64,000 nt of DNA from the NCBI GenBank assembly GCA_012026655.1, contig JAAILG010000517.1, positions 1 to 64,000 of the forward strand, read 5' to 3'. Both the position numbers and the translations under genes were made by a program. Source of the stretch: Hydrolagus affinis (Eukaryota). Positions 51,045 through 61,899 of the stretch are shown here, one piece after another (the first letter of the stretch is position 1; every line of letters begins with the position of its first letter). The notes beneath the pieces are model-generated. The model was not told where the DNA came from. It did not search any database and saw only the letters and a program-made list of their open reading frames with translations.

Positions 51045-51357
51045 GTATGTATTAACCCGTCTTGAGTGTGTTTTTTTTAAAAATAGAGATGGGCCTGTCA
51101 ATGTTTAATGCAACTTCAAGGAGAAAGAGTATCAAATGCCTTTCCTGACGAAAATGGCCTCAAAGCCAAGGAGGGCAGAAACAGCGATGGGATGAAGTTT
51201 CAATCTACAGTGACAGCCATGCAGTGTTAAGTCACTGTTCAATTCAAACTGATATCAAAAGTTGGCATTAAATTGACATTAAAGATGGATGTTGCTTCCC
51301 CTCTTCCAGGTGTTCCACAGTTAGCACTGTCTGTGGCTTGCCAGGCACCAATGCATA

Positions 51358-51642
51358 ATTCCTGTAGCTCAGTGGTTAGTAGCCTTAGAAGCAAGAGACC
51401 TGGGCTTGATTCCAAGCAGGGCAAAACCTTTGGCAAGTTTCCATACTCCATACACCTGACAATAATCCCTCAAGAAAAACAACAACAATAAATTGGTCAT
51501 TTCAATCCATGACTGTTTGTGGGACACTACTGTGCGCAATTGGCTGCCCTGATTCGCTCACAGATATGCAGTCAATTCACTTTACAGTATATTCTGTGAG
51601 GTGTAAGGAGCTATATGAGATGCAAGAATTATTATTATTGTA
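51358..51642 (+). mobile_element. Full-length short tRNA-derived SINE with a deletion in the 3' stem-loop
   Basis: A box TAGCTCAGTGG and gagacctgggcttgattcc. Collinear with 30611-30920, but the tail reads ctgtgaggtgtaaggagctat. Confidence 0.88.
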
Positions 51643-51675
51643 ATGTCTGCGCCTAGGAAGTGGGTGACAGATCAT

Positions 51676-51900
51676 GCAACAACAACAACAACAAAATTAC
51701 ACCTGTATAGCGCCCTTCACGTCAGGAGGACATCCTGAGGCGATGGACAGTGATTGTTTCAGACCCGAGCTTGGGTCGGGGATGTGGAGGGTAGAGGGAA
51801 AGGCGGGTATTTGCGGCAGAGTGGTTGAAGGCTCGCCCGCCAACGGTCAGGGAACGTGGAGCAGACCGGAGCCTGCTGAGTGGAGCAGGCAACCACAAAA
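51676..51900 (-). mobile_element. L2 LINE 3' fragment with (TTG)n tail
   Basis: Minus strand reads TVGGRAFNHSA (L2 ORF2-like GGRAFS), then aagctcgggtctgaaac, then the stem-loop tail. The poly-Q ORF at 51674 is the (CAA)n tail. Confidence 0.75.
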
Positions 51901-51939
51901 AGCCTCACGTTTTAGCTCCTGGTCTCATCCCACTGTTGT

Positions 51940-52160
51940 ATCTTACATGTATTTTCCAGCAGGGATCACTGGTTCTCAATTAGCAGCGAGAACTCTGGAT
52001 AATTTTTCCCTCTCCCTAGCTCAGGGGCACCCAGGACAAATGCGACTTGTCTACTGCTGCTCAACAAACCCAGCAGTGGCTGGGAATCAAACCTGTGACC
52101 TTCTGCTCTGCGTGGCTTAGTGCTATATCAGACAGGACCTTACCCTCTTAGCTATCGGGT
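51940..52160 (-). mobile_element. Old tRNA-derived SINE of a second lineage (related pieces near 31870-32030 +, 34845-34980 -, 53190-53380 -)
   Basis: Reverse complement shows tagctaagagggtaa...ggtcacaggtttgattccc (A/B boxes) and the body cccctgagctagggagagggaaaa...ccagtgatccctgctggaa. The last block recurs at about 34848. Confidence 0.6.
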
Positions 52161-52669
52161 TTCTTTGTTTATATATACCTCGTTTAATTAGGTTTGGCTG
52201 CTTGGCTGAAAAACTGGCAGCAATCTCTCCTGATCCAGCTGAATCTGAATGCGTGTCACTATTGCTAATTCATTTCTCACAGCTGAATAATTGGCATGAG
52301 TTTTGGAAATGTTAACTGTTTTCAAAGCCCATCTCTTATCAGATTACACAGCGTTTGATTCTGTACAATCCAACCGCCAGGCTGAAAACATACACATGCA
52401 AAAATATTCCAGCACTTTTGTTGCTTTTGTTTAAGCCTTAGTGAAAAGTGCGTGGTGTTTTTATTTTCACAGTGCCGTTTGTCTTCATAAGGCATGTGAG
52501 AAATTACAGAAGAGACTAAACTGGATTGAAAAAATGTATAAGTAGCCATTTTACCTCGTGAAATTGTACTTGGAATGTTTGCCTTAAATAAAAACATTCT
52601 TTATTTTATTAACATCAATTCCATTACTAAAATATCGTTGCTATAGATTGCAAACCAATTATTTCCTCA

Positions 52670-52900
52670 GCCTTCAGCTACTACACCCTGAGGTTCTGAA
52701 ACTCCCTTCCTCACTTCCTTCGCCTCATCCCCTCTCTTCCTACCTTCAGGTCTTGGCTAAAGACCTTTCTTTTTGACTGCGCTTTCTGTCACCTTCTTCC
52801 CCCGCCCGCTGGCTCGGCACCAGGATCTGTTATTGGAAAGCGCTCTGAGATGCCGTTCGGCGTGGAGGATGCTATATAAATCCAAGTTGTTGTTATTGTT
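52670..52900 (+). mobile_element. L2 LINE 3' end
   Basis: Encodes AFSYYTLRF*NSLPHFLRLIPSLPTFRSWLKTFLFDCAF (L2 ORF2 end: AFS..P.LWNSLP...F...LKT.LF), then 3' UTR stem-loop and (TTG) tail. Confidence 0.85.
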
Positions 52901-53627
52901 CCTCAAATAATGTGTTTGAACATATTGTTGTGAAATAAATTTCCAATTGTCATTCACATTGAATTCTTCAAAGCACGTACTATTTCGTCACTGCTAAGTT
53001 CATGTCCCAGTGTGAAGTTTGCATGTTAGTCAGCCCTTAGTCAGACCTTATTTGTTATTTGATGCTACAGAGGAGGATTTATTGGTGCCACTACTTGTAT
53101 GTTTTTCCTCCCTTTCCCCATTCTCTGCTGAAGACACTGAAAATGCGTGAATGGACCCCAGCTGATTGTGTGCAAGTTGAGTTAGTAAATGGCCTCCGGC
53201 TATTCCACCGGTAAGAGTGGGATCACAGCCGAGCCTAGTCACATCCTCCCACAGTATCCTCTCTCTCTCTGGGTCAACTGGGTATTGATTGAGAGCAACA
53301 AGCCCACAAGATATCTTTGCTTGCTTACTCCAATTGTCGAGCCCCTACTGCTGTGTGGCCTACAGCTAAATTATCCATAAATACACATGATTTTAAAAAG
53401 GACATAGAGTATTGATGTTTGTTGGAAAATTCGGAGTCTCAGAAAGCTGTCTTGTGCTGTGTTTTCTAGATCACTCCTGATTGTCAGGGAGGTACCATTA
53501 GGTCCACTGACCCACACACGGTCTAAGACTACATTGTGAATTCATTGGTTATATCTAAGGGCAGCCAACCGGCAGCTCTATCATTACCAACAGTTGTGAC
53601 TTTGATGAATATTATTTTCTTTTGCAG

Positions 53628-53691
53628 GTCTCACAATGCAGATTACTACATGCAAGAAGCTAAGAAGCTGAAGCACAGAGCTGATGCACTG
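53628..53691 (+). CDS. AFF2: AFF2 CHD exon: SHNADYYMQEAKKLKHRADAL
   Basis: Acceptor ttttcttttgcag|G, donor CTG|gtaatt. Confidence 0.97.
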
Positions 53692-53779
53692 GTAATTTTC
53701 CATTTTATATTCATTCAGATTTTTTAAATGTTTCACTCATTGGAATGACACAACTTATTACTTACCACGCTACACCTAG

Positions 53780-54019
<240 letters not shown>

Positions 54020-56014
54020 TGACGATAATTTTACTAATCATTTCTAGATGATAATTAATAACCCGCTGTGAGGAAATCAGATGGAAGATTAAGATCTATA
54101 TGGAGATGTCATATTTCAGAACTTAATAATATTTAAAATTACTTATAATGCATACCATTTTGTTTGTTTGCTCATAATTTGTATTTTATTAATTTACGGT
54201 GCTCCCAGCCTCATCAGTGAATACTTTCCTAAATGAAACACTCTTTTTCCGCAATGTATGTATGTACAATATGTGTGTGTGTGTGTGTACTCAGCACAAG
54301 ACCCAAAGCTTTGTGTTCTGCCTGTTGAGATAGAACGTGACTTGGGTTATAACTGGGGCTAAACAAACAGGCTGCTATCAAATCCCAGAGAAATCCAAGG
54401 CAAATCTACCTGGCTAACATTACTGTTCTTTCCCTCCGCTCAGTTGCAATGTAAAACCTTGGCTCGGCTCCCAAATTCCCGTTTTGTTATTAAAGGAAAG
54501 CAATCCTGAGCCAAACAACACAAAACTCACTGCTTACCACTTAACCTTTTTGGTTGGTTGCTGTTGGATTCGTAATAAGAATTTGTGTGCAGTAGTGATC
54601 ACAATAGATCAATATCTCGCAAACACAAAACAGCTAAAAAACGAGACAAGCCAGTATTGAATTAGCTCCAAAGGGTTAAAGCACTAAAGGGTTAATTTCT
54701 GCTGGTACAGTAACAGAATGATTCCTTTGTCACCATGGGTTACGATTGCATCATATCTGAAGTAGGTTGCTTGTATTTTAATCCCTTAGATTTAAATTCC
54801 AAGGAGTGTGTAGTTTGGGGAACATAAATTATGGAACGAGGAAGGGAGAAAGCGGAGATAGGATGGATAGAAATAAATAAATCATTCTCTATGTGTATGG
54901 GTCTTGTGATTACCTGTCTTTATGTAGGTATATGCAATATATAAAGAAATCCTGGGCTCTTTGTCAGCAGACACATCCTGTAGAGTTGTAGTAAATGCAC
55001 AGACTAACGCTAGAATTAAGAGGACAAACTGATTGGTGCAGTTATTTTTTCATTCCTCACTCTGAGCTTTCCTTTTGTGCTGGCCTAGAGGGTGAGCACA
55101 TCAGATGACTCCCAAGTTTCCTCAGGTGATAAGTAATGTAATAAGATGTCAGCATTCGTGTTGCAAAGCTATGCACTGACTCGACCAAAATGTAGTTGTG
55201 CCGTGCGTGCATTACTGAACACGTATATTTATGTGGTTACCCAATGATGTCTTTTAACTGCCCTTTTGGCAGTGATTTACAAACCCGTGGTGCAAACGGA
55301 GACCAAAGCATGGCAAATTGTGCTGGAGCCCTGCTCCATTCACCGTGAGGACGCACAGGTCTTAGAACTAAGCCCCTTGTAACACGCCTTGCTCTCATGG
55401 GGGCTTTGCTTAAAACTCAAATGACTGATGTTTTGTTAAATGAAAAATCCACATCCCACCATCGGTTTGCAAATCCTGGCATCGTATTTGAAATAATCCC
55501 GTCATGCTCAGTAATGTCACAGGTCATGCAATCAGCGATATCGTAATCTGGAGTGCCCCCCCACTACCCCCCATCACCCCCACACTGAGAGGTGGGCTGA
55601 TGTAGTATGGGCCCCTACCACTGCCTTATAACTGGGACGTTCTATCATTCACACTGGGCTTGTTTCCATGCAGACATATGCATTTATACATATAAAAGTT
55701 ACGACCAAACAAATCATACAACCAGTTTTTCATATTATTTCTCCAAGGTGTGTGTGTGTGCAAAATGTTTCAAATCAGTCATTGTGATGTGCTTGTTGTG
55801 ACTTGGAAAGAGTCCCTCCCACTTGATCTCTTTATTACAGAACATCATTGGGAAATTACTGCACAATATACCTGACGTCTTATCTCATTGTTGTCAGAAA
55901 AGTGTGGGATTCGTTTTTTGACGGCTTATTATTATGTGAGTTGGCAGGTGATTTTTATGTGCGTGATATTTATTAGGCAGGATTAGTCATTTTTGGGGTT
56001 GTTTCTGTCCCAAG

Positions 56015-56086
56015 GTACGCCATGAGATTAAAGAATTTCACTGGGCCAACAGCCACAGTCGCAGACAAGAAGCTGGCCGTTTTGTG
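56015..56086 (+). CDS. AFF2: AFF2 CHD exon: YAMRLKNFTGPTATVADKKLAVL(C)
   Basis: Acceptor gtttctgtcccaag|G, donor TG|gtgagt. Confidence 0.96.
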
Positions 56087-56435
56087 GTGAGTTTTCAGCG
56101 AGTGGACAGATCGGTCATTGAACCTTGAATGAAATCTTTAATCATTTTACATGTGGGTCAATGAGCGTACGGAATTGAGAAAACCAAAGCAATCTAGGAA
56201 GATTCTTTTTCTTTAATCCTCTCAAATTGCAGTTCATTTATCTGTGCTGTTTCAAAAATCTTTGCCAGACAAAATGTGCTATTTTAATATCATGCTATCT
56301 ATGCACATTCACCCCTCCCCCCCCCCACCCCTCCAAGAATGTGCAAGATCAGATGAAAATTGTACTTCAGTATAATTTACATAAATTGTGTGATTTTATT
56401 GAGTACTCAACCTAACATAATCTTTCTTTAATTAA

Positions 56436-56576
<141 letters not shown>

Positions 56577-57984
56577 TGAACTACACCACATGGAATTTCA
56601 CTTCCCATCCACATTCTCCAAATGTATTTCAGCACCAATCAAAGTATGACACTGACTGCATTTATGATAGTCCACTCACTTTGTTCTATTGACTGTTGAC
56701 CATCACCTTGAGACAGCAAATATATCAGGAGTTTAATCACTTTTGTTGACATTAAATGGTTTGGTTAAGATGCTTTAAATGGCTTTTAGATGCATACATT
56801 TGTCAATTCCTTGTTTCGAACTGTGGTTTTATTGATATCCCAAACTAAGGAGAACATTTCCTGATGAAAGTAGTTCTGTGTTTCTCAGGATGTCTAAACA
56901 ACACAGCATGTTATTTGTGCTTATTCACAGATTCACATGTCAGTTTGATGTAATCCTGCAAATTTTCCAAAGCTCATCTGCAGTAGAATACCCCATAAAT
57001 AACACTTCATTTTCCTCACAAGCACAACATCAAATTTTAAGTATTCAAATAGCTTGCTATGTGAATTTTATAGTCTTTTCACCCCAATCCCAGAAAGTCT
57101 ACTCAAACATTCAGTGATGTTCAGTATTTTAATTTTGTGAGAATCTGTTTGTTGATTGCCTCGGGATACAGAATTGGAGTTTTTTTTTCTGCCAAGGATT
57201 GGCTCCAATCATGTAAAGTAAGCAGAATGACTGTATAAGTGCAAAGGAATGCATCAAGGGAAAAAAAAAGTCCTATAACTTGACAAGAGCAGTTTGCTAT
57301 TTTCGATTGTATCACTAACGTGGGTGATAAATGAGTATCGAATAAGTAAACACAAAATGTCAAATCAATAATTGTAAAGAATATGATGGATCATTATTTG
57401 AGACTCTTGATTGCGCTCGTGTGAGCGATCAGGTGATTATCATGAATAAAACTCACTATTCTAGTGCAGACATAAATTTGAAAGGAAGATATCATAAACT
57501 CCTAGATTAGAGTGCAATTGGTGTTACTGAAGTAATAAGACATTTTCAGCCTGCTCGGAGATGAATACTTAAAATGATTACTGCTTGAGCATTTCAGGAC
57601 GAGACATCAATTCCTATCTGATTCTTCCTAAAGAGGAAAGTTATACCTTGTCTCCCCCACAACCGCCCCCCAAACCAGTTTTTTCAGGTTTGTCCTAACA
57701 TCCGTCTGTGTATCAGGCCTCTGTCCGATGTGACCATTTGGTTACAGTCGCGGTAACAAATGTCTGATTCAGACTCCAATCTTCAGTAAGAGCTCACCCA
57801 TCTGTAAACATTTCATTATTTGTTGGAGACAGCTAAAACAGGGTTGCTGCTGTAAGCAATTGACATTTTGTATTTGAAATCAAAGAAAAATCTGAATTTC
57901 AAAAACAATGGAAACAGTCCTGTTTCCTTCTAAAAAAAAAGTCTGGTGTTGGGATTGTGGCCTAGAATAGTATCACATGGTGAA

Positions 57985-58187
57985 CCTCATTATTATTAAT
58001 AATAATAAATTGGTCACTTCAACCCATGACTTTTTGTGGGTCACTGATGTGCACAATTGACTGTCATGTTTCGCCCACAAAATATACAGTCAATTAACTT
58101 TACAGTATATTCTGAGAAGGTCTTTGGGATGTCACAAAGGTGTGATAAGGTGCAAAATCAAATGCCAAGGATTATCATTATTATTAG
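57985..58187 (+). mobile_element. 5'-truncated ATT-tailed SINE
   Basis: aataaattggtcacttcaacccatgac...tttcgcccacaaaatatacagtcaatt...aaggattatcattatt. Confidence 0.83.
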
Positions 58188-58273
58188 AATGGCTTGCGCT
58201 TTGCTTCTCCCAAGCACTGTCTGAAACCCTGCAGAGAACGATTACATTTCACATGTAAATTTCTGTGTTGCAG

Positions 58274-58323
58274 AGCTCCTCAAAAGCCTCGCAGGCTCCT
58301 TCTCCTTGGGGAACAAATGGAAA
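58274..58323 (+). CDS. AFF2: AFF2 exon, 50 nt: SSSKASQAPSPWGTNG(K)
   Basis: Acceptor tttctgtgttgcag|AGC, donor AA|gtaagt. PSPW motif. Confidence 0.93.
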
Positions 58324-59377
58324 GTAAGTCTTCTTCCCTTCACAATGGGTCTTATGAAACTGCATGGCTGGTTTATTTTGACTTGGAAGCAAGATTTGAT
58401 CATAGGGTGATCAACATTTACTCAGGTTGAACATTCCCATGTTATGTCACTTTCAGTAACAATTGCATTCATATTTAAAATGCAATCATTTGATTCCACC
58501 CCCCCCCAACCCCCTCTCTTTTCCAATTCAGGAAACTTACATAACCTTACCTTATATCGCACTGACTACAATAAATGGGAAATGTCCACAGTTAATATAA
58601 ATTACTCACGTTCTGAGTTGCCATCTTTCAATTTAATATGGACCTTTAGATTTGAAGTCATAACGTTTAAGTTGACTGAAAGACTGATGAATATTTCATT
58701 GATAAATGTTACGGTCTGGTTCAAAGTAATCAAGTCATGGCTGATTGCCAAATAGGATTCACATTTATACCGCTTGTTGATTATGAAAACTTACGTTTAT
58801 ATATGCTCATTTTTTTTCCGATGAAAGATTTATTTCTGTCCACTCTGTAAACCCATGATAATGAATTCCCTGTAATCATTATGAATGAAAACAACAGAGC
58901 ACTGATATGAGCAGCAAGAAAACAACATGCATCACAGTGTTCATCTGGGTTTACTGAGTGCAGCCATGCTGCCTTAATATATTGATCATGAATGAACCCA
59001 CCATCACTTTAGCTTTACTCGGCTAGGAAATAAACAGTCTCTGCCTTCAGGTTTAGGATCACCCACTTCCTTCTTGAGGCTCCACGTCTCTAATTATATC
59101 AGAATTTACAAGGAAAATAAACAAGCTCGACTGGGGCCCGTCCTTAGAGAGGCTTGTCTCTGTGGAACCCTGTTCCCTTTCTCTCCCTCTGTGCTTCTCT
59201 ATCTCTCAGCCTTGACCCTGTGATCTATCCGCGCGGCTCACGGCAGCTCATCAACACGTGTTATTATGGCAACTCCCCATTACGGCTACTTCAGTAATGT
59301 TTTACAATCACACGTCTTCATCAGGGTAGATTACAGGATCAGTTCCTGGTGTTGGACTTGACCGCATGAACTAAAAC

Positions 59378-59484
59378 CAATAATAATATAATAATCCTTG
59401 CATTTTATATAGCGCTTTTCACATCTTATCGACGTCCCAAAGCACTTCACAGAATATACTGTAAAATGAATATTTGTGGGCGAA
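59378..59484 (-). mobile_element. SINE 3' fragment
   Basis: aataatccttgcattttatatagcgcttttcacatcttatcgacgtcccaaagcacttcacagaatatactgtaaa. Confidence 0.85.
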
Positions 59485-59616
59485 TAATACGAATACGAAA
59501 AACAGAAATACGAACATAGATGCACCAAAGTTTTAAGCAAAGCCTAATCTCTCTGTTTGGTTTCAACACAGTATTTACTGTTTTCAGATCATTCATATTC
59601 CCTCCATTCTTCACAG

Positions 59617-59840
59617 AACTACAGGAACAGCATCCCCCATGTCTCCCACACCATCTCCAGTTAGCTCAGTGGGGTCACATGGGAGCAACTTAAGCACCAC
59701 AGGCTCCTCACCGTCCGCAACCATCAGTATTCCACAACGAATTCACCACATGGCAGCCAGCCACGTAAATATCACCAACAACATCCTCAGGAGCTATGAG
59801 CATTGGGACACTGCTGACAAGTTGGGCAGGGAGAATAAAG
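59617..59840 (+). CDS. AFF2: AFF2 exon, 224 nt: [23 protein letters not shown] ... [37 protein letters not shown](E)
   Basis: Acceptor ccattcttcacag|A, donor G|gtgggt. Overlaps ORF 59639-59917. Confidence 0.96.
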
Positions 59841-60061
59841 GTGGGTTTGTACTTACCCAAGGTATCTTTTGTTTTCCTTCACTCTCATGCCTGCTGTTGT
59901 CATTCCAAGTGAAATAGCGCTGCTCTCAATTACAAGGAATGCTTTCTGATTTAGGACTAGCCTCCAAAGAATGTGTTTGAATTCAGTATGGTTCAGCAGC
60001 AGGCAAAACACAACCGAAATGAAACGGCCATGTTTTTTTTGTTCAATTGCTTAATACAGTA

Positions 60062-60155
60062 ATGGTAATCTGTGCATTTGATATAGTGCCTTATCAAGTT
60101 TTCGAGACTTCTCAAAGCACCTCACAGAATATACTGTAAAGTGAATTGACTGTAA
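60062..60155 (-). mobile_element. SINE 3' fragment
   Basis: taatctgtgcatttgatatagtgcc...cacagaatatactgtaaagtgaattgactgta. Confidence 0.82.
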
Positions 60156-61534
60156 AGGTTTTGGTGTGACATTGTGAACTGGCCAAGAATATTGTGCAGC
60201 TGATTTAATGTTTCCTGTGTTGAATGAATTTGCTGCATAAATTAAACTGCTGAATTATCCATCTAACTATTGAGACAGAAAATCCTGTGTATTATTAAAT
60301 ATCTTCATTAAACATTATGCAATCTCATTAAAAAAAAGTCTGTTGTAATTTAGGTGAGCTGCATGATGCAGCATGGTTTCTAACTGACAGGATGATTTAT
60401 TCATAGTTTAACAAATTTTTATTTATCTGTAGTGTACTAAAGTCTATTATAGCATTAAATCCCATGCTAAAAATGCTAAACCATCTTGTACACTCTTAAT
60501 TATTTACAAATATGAGCCTTGAAAACTGTGATATAATATATTGAGAAAGGCAGTGAATCACTGCAGTTAATGTTAGCAGTATTTTATGCAGTAATATTTA
60601 TACATTCGGAAAGTTTGGATGGAGAGTTCATCACAAAAAAGATTCCTTTAAGGATCATATTGCTAGGAAATGTAAATTTTATTGAATGTTTGCTAATGAT
60701 ATTTTCAATGGTAAAGCATTTTTTTTATTTTAAGGCAATTAATTTTAGGTACTTATGTACCTTAAAATGTTAAAACCAAATTAAGGAATGAAGATTTGTA
60801 AATAAATTTAAATCTCTTAAACATTTTTTTAAAAGAAAATTTCCTGGAGTGTACTTACTTTTGATATTATACATTTACATAAATTTAATTTTCTCATTCG
60901 ATTTCCTTTGATCGAGGGTGTACTTTCAGTCACCAAATTGGCACAAGTACATTTTATTTCTGGTAATCACTGGAATCCAATCTCAGCTTGCAGAGTGTGA
61001 TATTGAATCTCCTAAAAATTAACTGCAACAGAATTATGTGCAATCAGTTTGAAATACTCATCCGTTGTGGTCAGTTATATCTGCACGATAGTTTTCAGTT
61101 GATGAATAAATAATCATTGCACTTGATAAAGGTTCTAATTGTGTCACCAAAACATATGTCTTCAAGTGCTTCATTGTGAAGTGTAGTGACTATGTATTTG
61201 TAGGCAAACGCTGCAGGCATTTATGCAAACAAACAACCACAAAGTGAACCACCAGTTTTATCTGAAATGTTATGTATTATAAAAATACAAATAATGTTTC
61301 ATGAATATTCAGAATGGGTTTGCACAGTTGTTTAGCAAGAGTTGATATTGATCCAGTTTGTTTGAAGTACAAGTTAGGAAATGCATTACAATTGTAAATT
61401 AGCATGAAGTGATTTTTGTTGGGAGAATAGTCTTTACAATGAAGAAGTTAATCACAAATTGAAGATGATTCAATGCTTAAACATAGACAAAAGAATAACA
61501 TGATATATTTCACAGATGATTGGGAAGAGAGATA

Positions 61535-61718
61535 TTTCTGGCCAACAATCCGCCGGATAAAATTAGTCATTCTTGTCGTGGCTGCTTGTGTGTAAATTGG
61601 CTGCTGCATTCGCTTCCAAACATAAATTCACTAAATGTTACAGTAAATCCTGTGAAACATTTTGAGATGCTTTGACAAAGTGATAAGGCCCAATATCAAA
61701 TGCCAGGATTATTAATAT
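61535..61718 (+). mobile_element. Older SINE 3' half immediately upstream of the last acceptor
   Basis: ctggccaacaatcc...aaattggctgctgcattcgc...ttacagtaaatcctgtgaa...atatcaaatgccaggattatt. Confidence 0.7.
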
Positions 61719-61777
61719 TGGCTTTTCAGTTTGAAATTATTTTGACTATTTGTTCTTTTCATTTTTGCTCTTTGCAG

Positions 61778-61899
61778 AGTTCTTTCATGAGCTGGATACG
61801 CTGATGGGACCATTAACGCAGCACAGCAGCATGACCATCTTGGTACGATACACTCGGCAAGGACTACATTGGCTCCGGGTTGAAGCCCATTTGTTATAG
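61778..61899 (+). CDS. AFF2: AFF2 terminal coding exon: [39 protein letters not shown]
   Basis: Acceptor tttttgctctttgcag|AG; stop TAG at 61897-61899. AFF2-type C-terminus. Confidence 0.97.

Noticed and set aside
51674-52120. 148-aa ORF starting with poly-Q
   Set aside because: The (CAA)n run is the antisense tail of an L2 fragment and the rest crosses an old SINE.
15843-52900. Recurring ~35-nt palindromic units as a possible CRISPR-like array
   Set aside because: Dispersed at irregular kb spacing on both strands with microsatellite tails in a vertebrate intron; these are retroposon 3' ends.
54928-54991. Possible alternative exon after tatgtag|G (YMQYIKKSWALCQQTHPVEL*) mimicking the 56015 exon start
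   Set aside because: In-frame stop, no real similarity to the AFF CHD and weak splice signals.
59588-59616. Alternative upstream acceptor ttttcag at 59587
   Set aside because: Adds 29 nt and shifts the frame; the 59617 acceptor fits the protein.
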